A stretch of DNA of 64,000 nt from an uncultured Alphaproteobacteria bacterium (GTDB lineage Bacteria; Pseudomonadota; Alphaproteobacteria; RF32; CAG-239): NCBI GenBank assembly GCA_944391685.1, contig CALXUM010000003.1, forward strand, positions 9,481-73,480, read 5' to 3'. Under the pieces are notes generated by a model. That model was not told the origin of the DNA and made no database searches. It saw only the letters and a list, made by a program, of their open reading frames with translations. This document shows positions 9,332-19,022 of the stretch, piece after piece; within the stretch, counting starts at the first letter, position 1, and each line of letters begins with the position of its first letter. A program made the position numbers and the translations under genes.

Positions 9332-10327
9332 TTAACCATTTTGTTTTTTATTTTGATACATTTTTAATTTAAAAAAATCAGTTTTAGATGAATCATTGTT
9401 AGTTTTAGATGCAATTTGTACGTTAAAACAATCTGCTAATTCAGCTGTTATTTTATAATTATTATTTAAAACACCAGAATTATCAAGCGTGCTGATAATA
9501 AGATGAGGATTATTTAAATTTTTTTGAAAAGCTTCATCTTTATTTTTTGAATAAAATTTATCTCTATCCACTATTTTGATAATATTTCGTTTCTTTATAT
9601 CTTCAATATTATTTTTTTTGCAATACAAATACTGAATTTTTTGGATAGCTGTCCATTCGTGTCCAAATCTTCCATCCAAGCAAACGACGGGAACAAAGTT
9701 TTCTTTAGGTACAAAATAAGTATAGCTGTTTTCGTTTATTTTTTCCATAATAAACACATTTTTTTCTTCACCATTTATATAGGCCTTTTTTTTCCAATTT
9801 ATATTTTTTCCCTCTTTATCGTTGACTCTTAAAGCATAGAAATCTCTTTCGCTATCACTTTCGGTTGCAAATATAAAATTTCCTCTTTTTTCACCAAATT
9901 GATTAAGATTGCTGCTCGGTACTAATGTATCTCCCATAATTTCAGGAGGAATATTTGAAGTATGAGTTAGCAATTCAGGTGCTTTATTTTTAATTTCTTG
10001 AGCTTTTTTATCTCTTAAACTAATCAAATTACTCATTAATTCATCATATAATTCTCTTCCCAAAAAGACTTCCATATCCTTACACAATCTGGTAAATTCC
10101 CCATCATTGTGAAATCTATAATTTTTATTCTTAGAGAAAATATGAAAAAATAACTGACTATTTGTAAACCCAACAGCCTTACTGCAAGCCGAAAAGAAAT
10201 TTTCCCTTTCCTCATAAGTCCTACGCTCAAATTGTAGTTTCATATTTTCTAAAATATTTTCTAGAGAAGTTTCATCATGATTTTGGGTGTGATTATTTTT
10301 TTCTAATAATTTACTCATATCCATCAA
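9332..10327 (-). CDS. hypothetical protein (331 aa), very AT-rich cassette gene
   Basis: Long uninterrupted ORF in a roughly 25% GC segment bounded by repeat copies A and B. I recognise no motif. Confidence 0.55.
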   Translation of the reverse strand: MMDMSKLLEKNNHTQNHDETSLENILENMKLQFERRTYEERENFFSACSKAVGFTNSQLFFHIFSKNKNYRFHNDGEFTRLCKDMEVFLGRELYDELMSNLISLRDKKAQEIKNKAPELLTHTSNIPPEIMGDTLVPSSNLNQFGEKRGNFIFATESDSERDFYALRVNDKEGKNINWKKKAYINGEEKNVFIMEKINENSYTYFVPKENFVPVVCLDGRFGHEWTAIQKIQYLYCKKNNIEDIKKRNIIKIVDRDKFYSKNKDEAFQKNLNNPHLIISTLDNSGVLNNNYKITAELADCFNVQIASKTNNDSSKTDFFKLKMYQNKKQNG

Positions 10328-10464
10328 TATCCATTATTTTTTTCTATTGTTAGCAATAACAAATATATCTAAAATAGTAACATATCCATAAAAAGAAGTA
10401 AATACATTCATTCTTGAACATATTTTCAGGCCTTAAAATCAAAACAATTGCAAACAGCTAAACA

Positions 10465-10627
10465 AAAAGTCCGATAATCTCGCAAAAAACATCAAATTAA
10501 AAACATCTAAAATCGGACTCTTTGCAAGCCTTGGAATATATAGCAAAAAAGCACCTTAAAAGGTGCTACCTTAAAAATGGTGCGAGATACTATGCAATTA
10601 TCGGACTAATTTTTATGATGATTTTAA
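10465..10627. repeat. tRNA-Leu-flank repeat, copy B (cassette right end + terminator flank + TGGTGC + cassette left end)
   Basis: AGTCCGATAA (10468-10477)...ATCGGACTC (10512-20), then CCTTGGAATATATAGCAAAAAAGCACCTTAAAAGGTGC...AAAAATGGTGC (TGGTGC at 10578-83), then GAGATACTATGCAATTATCGGACTAATTTTTATGATGATTTTAAG. Confidence 0.8.
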
Positions 10628-10740
10628 GACTTTGAGTAGGAAAATGAATGAAAAATATAATTTTGTCTAAATAATGTGTTGTGTTAGCTTTAAAATTATG
10701 ATATATATAATTTATAATTTTGATATATAGGAGTTTTATT

Positions 10741-11241
10741 ATGACTTTAAGAGGTAAATTAGCCGAAGTAGCCCATAAAAGTGAAGAATCTAAACTTAGA
10801 GGTTCAGCACTTGCCATAGCAGAAAAGGAATCTGAAGGAGCATCTAAACTGAGAATAAACTTTAAAACCAATGAAAGTGAAGAAGAGAAACTTTTAGGAA
10901 AATGGGCTTACATGAATGTGGCTGAAGATGGTAAAAGTGTAGAGATTTTTGACAAAGATGGAGAAAGCTTAGGTCGTATACGCAGAAAAAATGAAGCTGA
11001 TGTCGCGGGAGATAATTATTTTCTTGAAACTAGTGATATGACCGTAGTGGGTCATAAAGAAGAAAAAGGTTGGACATTATATGATGTAACTAACAGAGGA
11101 TATAGTAATGTTAAGATTGAAAATGAACAACGAACAAAAGCGTTAAAGCCATTATTTCATGAAGCTCGTATGGCAATGAATTATCCCGGAGGACGCAGAG
11201 CTAGAGTAAATCCCATGGGAATAACACCCAAAACAAGATAA
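10741..11241 (+). CDS. hypothetical protein (166 aa), cassette gene
   Basis: AGGAG SD 7 nt upstream of the ATG at 10741 (the ORF-track TTG at 10720 is less likely). Charged, Lys/Glu-rich. No recognised motif. Confidence 0.55.
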   Translation: MTLRGKLAEVAHKSEESKLRGSALAIAEKESEGASKLRINFKTNESEEEKLLGKWAYMNVAEDGKSVEIFDKDGESLGRIRRKNEADVAGDNYFLETSDMTVVGHKEEKGWTLYDVTNRGYSNVKIENEQRTKALKPLFHEARMAMNYPGGRRARVNPMGITPKTR

Positions 11242-11265
11242 TTTTAGTAAAGTTTATTGATATCG

Positions 11266-11297
11266 ACCCTCGTTATAAAAAAACGAGGGTTTCTTTG
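11266..11297. terminator. bidirectional hairpin terminator between convergent cassette genes
   Basis: ACCCTCGTT / AACGAGGGT 9-bp stem with A/T runs on both sides. Confidence 0.6.
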
Positions 11298-11312
11298 ATA
11301 AAAAATATAAAA

Positions 11313-11837
11313 TTAACTTTCAAGTTTTATATACTTTGGAGGAATAACACCGCCTTTAATGATAAGAAGATAGTAGGGTACAAATTCAAAGCGATGATGT
11401 AATTTATCATTGCATAGACTCCAATCAATTGGATATTGGCTTATATCATTTAATCCATATAATCTGATTAGAACTTCATCAGCATTATTGCTTTCTTTTA
11501 AATTTGGCATATTAGCTACAGAAGGGCTAAAATAAATATCATCTATTAAACCATCTCTCTGCAAAGCATCAATATCTATTGAAAATAAATCAGCTTTTTC
11601 AACGAAATCCTTCAATGATAGAGAATTTTTATTCCATTGTATTGGTTCAGTAAAAACTCTTACAGCTCGGCTACGACCTTTAAAACAGCTTTCAAACCAC
11701 CTCAATATACCTTTAAACGTACTAGAACCTGAACGCCGAATATAATACTTTAAGTTAGCATCTGGATTTTTAGCAAAAGATAGAAGTCCTTTTTCAAGAA
11801 TAGTATTTCCTTTAGGAGCATAATGGTACAACTTCAT
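11313..11837 (-). CDS. hypothetical protein (174 aa), cassette gene
   Basis: Start moved to MKLYHYAPKG (AGGGAA SD-like upstream). No secure family assignment. Confidence 0.55.
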   Translation of the reverse strand: MKLYHYAPKGNTILEKGLLSFAKNPDANLKYYIRRSGSSTFKGILRWFESCFKGRSRAVRVFTEPIQWNKNSLSLKDFVEKADLFSIDIDALQRDGLIDDIYFSPSVANMPNLKESNNADEVLIRLYGLNDISQYPIDWSLCNDKLHHRFEFVPYYLLIIKGGVIPPKYIKLES

Positions 11838-11892
11838 CTTTTTTCCCTTATTTTGTAATATTATCATATAATTATAACTTTATTTCAATAAT

Positions 11893-12011
11893 AAAAGTCC
11901 GATAAGTTTATAAAAATCATCAAATTAAAAATCCTCAAAATCGGACTCTCTGAAAGGCTTAGAATACATACAAAAAAAGCATCTCAAAAGGTGCATTATC
12001 AAAAATGGTGC
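11893..12011. repeat. tRNA-Leu-flank repeat, copy C (cassette right end + native terminator flank, contiguous with the tRNA 3' end)
   Basis: AGTCCGATAA (11896-11905)...ATCGGACTC, then CTGAAAGGCTTAGAATACATACAAAAAAAGCATCTCAAAAGGTGCATTATCAAAAATGGTGC running into the tRNA. Confidence 0.8.
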
Positions 12012-12092
12012 ACCTAGCCAGAATCGAACTGGCACGTCCTTGCGGACAACAGATTTTAAGTCTGCAGCGTCTACCTGTTCCGCCATAGGTGC
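12006..12092 (-). tRNA. tRNA-Leu, anticodon TAA
   Basis: Reverse complement GCACCTATGGCGGAACAGGTAGACGCTGCAGACTTAAAATCTGTTGTCCGCAAGGACGTGCCAGTTCGATTCTGGCTAGGTGCACCA. It has a 7-bp acceptor stem GCACCTA/TAGGTGC, anticodon loop CTTAAAA, a long variable arm, T-loop GTTCGATTC and an encoded CCA. 87 nt. Confidence 0.9.
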
Positions 12093-12106
12093 AAATCCAT
12101 TTCCGT

Positions 12107-12135
12107 TTTATACAGAGCTTTTGAATTAATTGCAA
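12107..12135 (-). promoter_or_regulatory. sigma70-like promoter for tRNA-Leu
   Basis: On the minus strand: TTGCAA, 17-nt spacer, TATAAA. The -10 element ends about 14 nt upstream of the tRNA 5' end. Confidence 0.45.
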
Positions 12136-12314
12136 GAATAAAATAACATAATTGCATTTTTTTCTTATTTGTGGAGCTTGTTTAAATAGCTGTTGTTTAT
12201 TTGATAAAAATATGATTTGCTGTTGGTGTTAACGTTAAATATTTGTTTTTTCAGGTATGCGGCAGTTGACAGCGTCACGGCTGCCTGAATTAAAATATAG
12301 AAAGGATTTTTATT

Positions 12315-13022
12315 ATGAAAAGCATTAATATTACTTGGCGTAATTACATCCTGCCCAATATTCACAGTGAAGGTTGGCGGTTTGTCGGTATTTTTGCGGC
12401 AATAACAGCGTTATTGGCAATTATATGGGAACCGTTGGGTTGGATTGGACTTGCTTTAACTGTTTGGTGTTATTATTTCTTCCGTGATCCGGACAGAGTT
12501 ACTCCAGAGATTGATAATGTGGTGGTTTCTCCGGCTGATGGTATTGTGCAAATGATTGCCAAAGTTCAAGCTCCGGAAGAGTTAAATATGGGAAGCCAAA
12601 TGTTTACCCGTGTGAGCATTTTTATGAGCGTGTTTAATGTTCATGTTAATCGCGTGCCGGCTCAAGGTAAAATTACCAAATCAGTTTATATTCCGGGAAA
12701 ATTTTTGAACGCAACTTTGGATAAAGCCAGCAAAGACAATGAGCGTCAGCTTTTGGCTCTAAAGACAAAAAGCGGAAAAGATTTGTGCTTTGTTCAAATT
12801 GCCGGCTTGGTGGCCAGAAGAATCCTTTGTGAGGCAGAAGTTGGTCAGGAATATAAGGCCGGTGAGCGTTTCGGAATGATTCGTTTTGGCTCAAGATTGG
12901 ATGTTTATTTGCCGGAAGGTGTTGAGCCTCAGGTTGCTTTGGGGCAAACCATGGTGGCCGGCGAGAGTATTATTGCCAACTTGAGCAGTGATGCGAAAGC
13001 CGTTAGCGGAGTTGTCAGATAA
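12315..13022 (+). CDS. psd: phosphatidylserine decarboxylase proenzyme (short alpha-type)
   Basis: VVSPADGIV, FMSVFNVHVNRVP, MIRFGSRLDVYLP (GS self-cleavage site). Start/stop overlap with pssA. Confidence 0.9.
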   Translation: MKSINITWRNYILPNIHSEGWRFVGIFAAITALLAIIWEPLGWIGLALTVWCYYFFRDPDRVTPEIDNVVVSPADGIVQMIAKVQAPEELNMGSQMFTRVSIFMSVFNVHVNRVPAQGKITKSVYIPGKFLNATLDKASKDNERQLLALKTKSGKDLCFVQIAGLVARRILCEAEVGQEYKAGERFGMIRFGSRLDVYLPEGVEPQVALGQTMVAGESIIANLSSDAKAVSGVVR

Positions 13023-13804
13023 TGGAAAGAATTAATCAAAAACTGCAACTTTCCAGGCAGAAATTGACATCATTGCCGTTTAGGAAGATTGCACCGAATA
13101 TTGTAACCATGTTGGCTTTGTGTGCCGGTGTTACTTCTATTCGTTATTCCATTCAGGCTGACTGGGTAAAAGCCGTTTTGTGTGTGTTTATTGCCGCTTT
13201 TTTTGACGGTTTGGACGGGCGTGTGGCCAGAATGCTTAAGGGTTCAACCAAATTTGGGGCCGAGCTTGATTCTTTGTCTGACTTTGTTAGCTTTGGTGTG
13301 GCTCCGGCTATTTTGCTTTATAAATGGTCTTTGTTTGATTTGCCAAAATTTGGTTGGTTTTTCTGCCTACTGATGTCTATCGGTATGGCAATGCGTTTGG
13401 CTCGTTTTAACACCATGTTGGATGAAGAGCCGCAACCTGAATATTGGAAGCATTTCTTTGTAGGTGTGCCGGCACCGGCTGCTGCTGCTTTGGTAATGAT
13501 GCCATTAATGATATCGTTTGATTTCCCAGAGCTGACATTTGTACGTTCACATGCTTTTTGTGCAACGTTGTTGGTTGTGGTCTCGTTCTTGATGGTAAGC
13601 AGAATACCTACATTTTCAACCAAAAAGCTTAAGGTTCCTACTTATATGTTTATGCCAATGATGTTGTTGGTGGCTTTATTTGCCAGCTTTATCATTGCTC
13701 AACCATGGTTTACTTTAGGAATTATGACAATTCTTTATGCGTTGTCTATTCCGATGGGAATTGTGGTGTTTTTGAATGAAAAGAAAAAATATGAAAAGGC
13801 TTAA
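13022..13804 (+). CDS. pssA: CDP-diacylglycerol--serine O-phosphatidyltransferase
   Basis: CDP-alcohol phosphatidyltransferase motif DGLDGRVAR...GAELDSLSD, multi-TM. Operon with psd. Confidence 0.85.
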   Translation: MERINQKLQLSRQKLTSLPFRKIAPNIVTMLALCAGVTSIRYSIQADWVKAVLCVFIAAFFDGLDGRVARMLKGSTKFGAELDSLSDFVSFGVAPAILLYKWSLFDLPKFGWFFCLLMSIGMAMRLARFNTMLDEEPQPEYWKHFFVGVPAPAAAALVMMPLMISFDFPELTFVRSHAFCATLLVVVSFLMVSRIPTFSTKKLKVPTYMFMPMMLLVALFASFIIAQPWFTLGIMTILYALSIPMGIVVFLNEKKKYEKA

Positions 13805-13834
13805 AATTAAAAGGGTTGTTATTTAACAGCCCTT

Positions 13835-15814
13835 TTAATTTTTGAGATAAATCTGTTCCAATTCTTTAATTTTGTCGCGGTAGATCATGGCCGTTTCAAA
13901 ATCAAGATTGGCAGCAGCTTCTTTCATCAATTTATTGTATTTATTTAGCTTTTTATCGATGTCTTTAATGTTATCAGCATCAGTTGTTTTAACCTCAACA
14001 TAATCGCCGGATGTCATTTCGCTTAAGGCATCGGATATTTTCTTTTTAATGGTTTGCGGGGTGATACCGTTTGCAATATTATAATCTAATTGTTTTTTAC
14101 GGCGGCGGTTGGTTTCATTTAGTGCAGCTTGCAGAGAGCCGGTCATTTTATCGGCATATAATATTACTCGGCCTTCGGCATTACGGGCGGCACGACCGAT
14201 AGTTTGGATAAGCGAACGTTCGGAACGGAGAAAGCCTTCTTTGTCAGCATCTAAAATGGCAACTAAAGAACATTCAGGTATATCCAAACCTTCACGCAAG
14301 AGGTTGATGCCGACCAAAACATCAAAAACTCCAAGTCTTAAATCGCGAATGATTTCGATGCGTTCCAGTGTATCAATATCTGAGTGAAGGTAGCGTACTT
14401 TTATGCCGTTATCATTTAAGTATTCAGTTAAATCTTCGGCCATTTTTTTAGTTAGGGTGGTTACTAAAACACGTTCATTTTTGGCAGCTGTTTTGCGGCA
14501 CTCTTCCATTAAGTCATCAATCTGATTTTCAACCGGACGTACTATACATAAAGGATCTGTAAGACCTGTGGGGCGAATAACCTGTTCGGTAAAGACACCG
14601 TGGCTTTGTTGCAGCTCCCAATCTCCGGGAGTGGCTGATACAAAGATGGTTTGTCCACGCATTTGGTTCCATTCATCAAATTTAAGCGGGCGGTTATCAA
14701 CGCATGATGGCAGTCTGAACCCATATTCCGCCAGAGTTGATTTGCGATTGAAATCACCGCGAAACATGCCGCCGATTTGAGGAATAGAGACATGGCTTTC
14801 ATCAACAAAAATCAAAGCATCAGGCGGAAGATATTCAAAAAGAGTCGGGGGAGGACATCCGGCCGGACGTCCGGTTAAATAACGAGAATAATTTTCTATT
14901 CCTTTACAATGGCTGGTAGCTTCAAGCATTTCCAAATCAAAACGGGTGCGTTGTTCAAGGCGTTGAGCTTCCAAAAGCTTGTTTTGGTTTTTAAATTCTT
15001 CAAGTCTTTCGGCGAGTTCTTTGCGAATATTGACAATAGCTTGTGAAACTGCAGGTCTGGGCGTAACATAGTGATTAGCCGGATAAACTACAACATTGTC
15101 AAGTGAGGCGGTGCGTTTGCCGGTTAGGGAATCAAATTCGGAGATGCTTTCAATCTCATCGCCAAAGAAAGATATTCTCCATGCTCTGTCTTCATAGTGG
15201 GCCGGAAAAATATCCAAAACATCACCTTGAACTCTAAAGGTGGAACGGATGAAGTTTTGTTGATTTCTTTCATATTGTAATTCTGCCAAACGAGAACATA
15301 CCTGTTTGATGCTGATTTCTTCTCCTTTTTTGAGAGGAATAGTCATGGCAGAATAAGATTCAACATCGCCAAGACCGTATATGCAAGAAACAGAAGCGAC
15401 AATAATAACGTCTCTTGATTCCAAAATACTGCGAGTGGCTGAATTTCGCATACGATCTATTTGTTCATTAATGGCGGAATCTTTTTCAATATAAGTATCT
15501 GTTTTGGGGACATAGGCTTCGGGTTGGTAATAATCATAATAAGAAACAAAATATTCAACCTTATTGTGAGGAAAAAATTCTTTCATTTCGCTATAAAGCT
15601 GAGCTGCCAAAATTTTGTTTGGAGCCATTATCAAAGCAGGGCGGTTGCATTGTTCAATAACTTTGGCCATAGTATAGGTTTTACCGCTACCGGTAACACC
15701 TAACAAAACTTGGTTCTTTTCGCCACGGTTAATTCCTTCGCACAATTCTTTTATGGCCTGAGGTTGATCCCCTGCAGGTTGAAAAGGACTGTCAATATGA
15801 AAAATTTGCGACAT
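13835..15814 (-). CDS. uvrB: excinuclease ABC subunit B
   Basis: [12 protein letters not shown] Walker [15 protein letters not shown] box, helicase motifs and a C-terminal UVR domain ([15 protein letters not shown]). 659 aa. Confidence 0.95.
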   Translation of the reverse strand: MSQIFHIDSPFQPAGDQPQAIKELCEGINRGEKNQVLLGVTGSGKTYTMAKVIEQCNRPALIMAPNKILAAQLYSEMKEFFPHNKVEYFVSYYDYYQPEAYVPKTDTYIEKDSAINEQIDRMRNSATRSILESRDVIIVASVSCIYGLGDVESYSAMTIPLKKGEEISIKQVCSRLAELQYERNQQNFIRSTFRVQGDVLDIFPAHYEDRAWRISFFGDEIESISEFDSLTGKRTASLDNVVVYPANHYVTPRPAVSQAIVNIRKELAERLEEFKNQNKLLEAQRLEQRTRFDLEMLEATSHCKGIENYSRYLTGRPAGCPPPTLFEYLPPDALIFVDESHVSIPQIGGMFRGDFNRKSTLAEYGFRLPSCVDNRPLKFDEWNQMRGQTIFVSATPGDWELQQSHGVFTEQVIRPTGLTDPLCIVRPVENQIDDLMEECRKTAAKNERVLVTTLTKKMAEDLTEYLNDNGIKVRYLHSDIDTLERIEIIRDLRLGVFDVLVGINLLREGLDIPECSLVAILDADKEGFLRSERSLIQTIGRAARNAEGRVILYADKMTGSLQAALNETNRRRKKQLDYNIANGITPQTIKKKISDALSEMTSGDYVEVKTTDADNIKDIDKKLNKYNKLMKEAAANLDFETAMIYRDKIKELEQIYLKN

Positions 15815-15816
15815 GG

Positions 15817-18366
15817 CTATTCTATATCAGTATCTTTGAGTGAATCGGTGTAAAATTTGGAAAAATTGTTGAAATCTTGAACATCATGAACGATACCGTT
15901 GATTTCTTTGATGTCAACTTTATCTTTTTCCAGGTGGTTGGTCAAGATATTGAAAGGACCATGATATTTGGTATTGGCAAAATAGGGCATAAATTTATTG
16001 CGTATTCTTACCAATACGGTTTCTCTTCCGGCTTTTTTAAGAACCGTTGCCCAATCTAAAATATAGTTTATTTGCTCTTGTGATAAGGGTTGTCCAGGTT
16101 TGGGATTTTCAATAAGATATTTAATGGTATCGGCAGCTTTACTCCACTGTTCGGCATTCCAGTACATTTCGAATCTTAGTAAAAGAGCGTTTTTACTATT
16201 ATCTTGTTCAAGAAGCTGTAAAGCTTCGTCGGTTTTACCAATTTGAGACAAAGCTCTGGCTTTGATTATTTTGCGTGGCCCCATAGTTGCCAAACTCAAG
16301 TTATCATATTCTGTCCTGTCTAATATATCCAATGCATTACGAGGACTCTGGTCAAAAAGATTGATTACGGCAAGTCGTGCTCCAATTCTGGCACGGTTTT
16401 CATCGGTTAGATCATTTTTTAACAGAAGTTCGTTTAAAAGTTCTGATGCCCGCGGCAGTAAATCTACTGCAACCAAGCGATCGGCAAGTTTTTGAATTAT
16501 GGTATTTTGACGAGAACTTAATTCACTCAGCCATTTAAAGTCATTATAAAGAGCTAACGATTTTATGGGAATCATTTTAGTATCATCTTGATTATATATA
16601 TAGATATCTTCAAAGATTTTTACCATGCGATTAGTTATGTTTTGCTTCTGTTCAGGTGTAGCAATTTGTAAATTTTCCTGAAGGGTTTTAAGAGCTTGGT
16701 AATAATTAGAATCTTTTAGATATAATCCTGCCAAGGAATTTAAAAGTTTATATTTAAATTCCGTTTCACTCCAAGCAAAACGTAATCTTTCAAGTTCTGA
16801 TATGGCATCTTTTATTTTCATACTGCCAATGCGTTGGCTTAAAACTGCATTTTCATAACGAGAAAGTGCTGAAAACTTTTGGTCATCGCTTTGAGAAATA
16901 TTGCGGTATTCTTTAATGGCGTTACGAGGGTATCCTTGCAACTCTAATTTTTTTGCGTAAAGATAGTTTATTTGAGGATCAAGATTTTTATTTCTGGATG
17001 ATACCGATCTTAGAATATCTATAAAATTTTGGGTTGCCAAATCATCATTTGAATCTAAAGCGTTTTGAGTTGCTATGATTGCTACTTGATCTTTAATTTC
17101 TTGAGGGTAATCTCTGATGAGAGATATATTTGAAAATAAAATTTTATTGTTTCGTTCGTTGAATTTGTATGCACTTTGAGCTAAAGTACGCCAAAAGATA
17201 CCCTCATTCATAGAAGGTATGTTGCCTTGATTAAAATCTTCTTCTGCTTCTTGATATCTTTGAGTTAAAAAGTTAGCAATACCACGCATGGCATGAAAAT
17301 TATCGGTTTGGGCTTCAGGAATGTTGGCATCTTTCATTTGATTCAGAATGTATAGAGCGTTAGTTCCAAGACCATGATATAGATAGTATCTGGCAAGATT
17401 AAGCCGGATTTGGTTTTTTTGGCTTTGCGGAGCGTCAAGAATATCTTGTCTGATAGTATCTATGGCTTCAACAAAGCTCATTTCTTGCAAATTTTGAGGA
17501 ATTTGCAAATTAAAAGCAGGGGTTTCTTTTTTATCGTCTTGAAATTTTTGTCGTTTTTTTAAAGATGACAGATCTCCGGTTATGCTTAATCCACGGTTAG
17601 GGGCTTTAAGAGTTAATCCTGAATTACCTCGGCTAAGCATTATATCTGGAGCGTCTATTACAAAAGCCAAGCCTTGTTGAGTTTTTAAGATATCAAATTC
17701 AGGGTAACGGTAAGGATCAGTTGTCCCTTGCCCGACAGATGATAAGGGAGCAATAGTTATCATATCACCAATATCCGGATCTATGATGCCGATTATATTT
17801 CCGGCACGATCAGTCGGAATAAATAAATAAGGTTGCTTCATGCCATCATATTGAGTAAAGATGGTCATGTTTTTGATTTGTTGTGGGGGATAATGATCAG
17901 TAAACAAATCAAGAATCCAAAGCAAACCTTCTTTACGAACGGAAAAATTAACTCCTTCTGTCGGCCGTATTCTTAAGATTGTGGCCATGGGATGGGGAAG
18001 CTGAATTATGCTTTTGGCTAAGTTGCCGGCACTATTCTTGAGTTCTTCAATGTTTACTTTTTGTGGTTTGTCAAATGCAAGCCATATGTTCCCGTTTCGT
18101 TCAAAAGCAGCCATATTTACAGGATGAGACCATGAAAAGCTAAGGCTGGATATTTGCGGTTTTTGTTCTGTCGATGGAGCAGCTACAAAAAGTCGATTGT
18201 TAACGGTTTGCTTGGTCCCAACGGTTATCCTTTCTGATTTTGCTGGTTGGGGGAGGTCTTGAATAATTATGTCTTGAGCCTGAATAAGTTTTTGGGGAAG
18301 TAAAAGGCTTCCTATGAAAATTAGTATAAATATGTATCTTCTCAGGTTTAACAACTTACTTCTCAA
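15817..18366 (-). CDS. exported 849-aa protein: beta-rich N-terminal half plus TPR-like helical-repeat C-terminal half, in the flagellar operon
   Basis: Signal-peptide-like N-terminus (...[11 protein letters not shown]). The C-terminal roughly 500 aa has repeated A/Y/L-rich helical-pair patterns ([33 protein letters not shown]...). Only 1 nt from the MotE-like gene upstream and 2 nt from uvrB downstream. Confidence 0.65.
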   Translation of the reverse strand: MRSKLLNLRRYIFILIFIGSLLLPQKLIQAQDIIIQDLPQPAKSERITVGTKQTVNNRLFVAAPSTEQKPQISSLSFSWSHPVNMAAFERNGNIWLAFDKPQKVNIEELKNSAGNLAKSIIQLPHPMATILRIRPTEGVNFSVRKEGLLWILDLFTDHYPPQQIKNMTIFTQYDGMKQPYLFIPTDRAGNIIGIIDPDIGDMITIAPLSSVGQGTTDPYRYPEFDILKTQQGLAFVIDAPDIMLSRGNSGLTLKAPNRGLSITGDLSSLKKRQKFQDDKKETPAFNLQIPQNLQEMSFVEAIDTIRQDILDAPQSQKNQIRLNLARYYLYHGLGTNALYILNQMKDANIPEAQTDNFHAMRGIANFLTQRYQEAEEDFNQGNIPSMNEGIFWRTLAQSAYKFNERNNKILFSNISLIRDYPQEIKDQVAIIATQNALDSNDDLATQNFIDILRSVSSRNKNLDPQINYLYAKKLELQGYPRNAIKEYRNISQSDDQKFSALSRYENAVLSQRIGSMKIKDAISELERLRFAWSETEFKYKLLNSLAGLYLKDSNYYQALKTLQENLQIATPEQKQNITNRMVKIFEDIYIYNQDDTKMIPIKSLALYNDFKWLSELSSRQNTIIQKLADRLVAVDLLPRASELLNELLLKNDLTDENRARIGARLAVINLFDQSPRNALDILDRTEYDNLSLATMGPRKIIKARALSQIGKTDEALQLLEQDNSKNALLLRFEMYWNAEQWSKAADTIKYLIENPKPGQPLSQEQINYILDWATVLKKAGRETVLVRIRNKFMPYFANTKYHGPFNILTNHLEKDKVDIKEINGIVHDVQDFNNFSKFYTDSLKDTDIE

Positions 18367-18367
18367 A

Positions 18368-19009
18368 CTAAATATTGTTTCCTATTAATTGGGCAGTTAC
18401 AGCTTGGGCTTTTTCGGATTCCATTTGAGAAAGAATTGCCGAAGAAGCAGATGGTTTCATTCCCTTAAGAAGGGTAACAGTAATGTCCATATCCATGTTG
18501 TTGAATATACGAGCTGCATCTTTAGGTTTCATAGATGCATAAAGTTTAACCAAAGAATCTATATTTGATTGTTCTTTTTGCGAGTATTCATTAACCAGCT
18601 TTTGCAGTTTTTGTTCATAATCTTTTAGTTGGCGAAGTTTCTTATCGATTTCTTCTTCGGCAACTTTTAGCTGGATGGCTCGTTTGTCAATTTCTTTAGC
18701 TCGTAAATCTAATATTTCTCTACGATCAGCTAATTCTTGCAAAATCATAATTTCTGATTGTGTAAATGCATTATTGGGATTATCAGTTTTGGCTGCCGGG
18801 TTTTTTGATCCTCCTTGCAGAATGTCAGTTAATTCGGCGGTTTCTTTGTTTAACTGTTCTTCTGCTAAAGCTTTAGACGTGCTAATTGTCAGAGCTTGTT
18901 TGGTTTGATTGTTGTACATATCAAACACGTTATTAATCTTTATGGATAATGTTAAAACAGCCATAAATATAAAGATTGGCAGAAGGCGTATTTTTAATTT
19001 TTTTTGCAT
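18368..19009 (-). CDS. MotE-family / MgtE-N-like flagellar protein
   Basis: N-terminal TM, coiled coil, then YASMKPKDAARIFNNMDMDITVTLLKGMKPSASSAILSQM, typical of the MgtE_N-like domain of MotE/FlbB-type proteins. Flagellar neighbourhood. Confidence 0.6.
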   Translation of the reverse strand: MQKKLKIRLLPIFIFMAVLTLSIKINNVFDMYNNQTKQALTISTSKALAEEQLNKETAELTDILQGGSKNPAAKTDNPNNAFTQSEIMILQELADRREILDLRAKEIDKRAIQLKVAEEEIDKKLRQLKDYEQKLQKLVNEYSQKEQSNIDSLVKLYASMKPKDAARIFNNMDMDITVTLLKGMKPSASSAILSQMESEKAQAVTAQLIGNNI

Positions 19010-19022
19010 TTTTTTTCCTTTT

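Noticed and set aside
9181-9372. 63-aa plus-strand ORF starting with TTG.
   Set aside because: It lies entirely within the tRNA-flank and cassette-start repeat and reads straight through a terminator hairpin, so it is almost certainly non-coding.
11313-11837. Possible DarT-like ADP-ribosyltransferase, based on LYHYAPKGNTILEKGLLS near the N-terminus, ADEVLI and FVPYY.
   Set aside because: The motif order does not match what I remember of DarT/DUF4433, where YVPFYF precedes AEFLV. The matches are short. I left the gene as hypothetical; an HHpred run would settle it.
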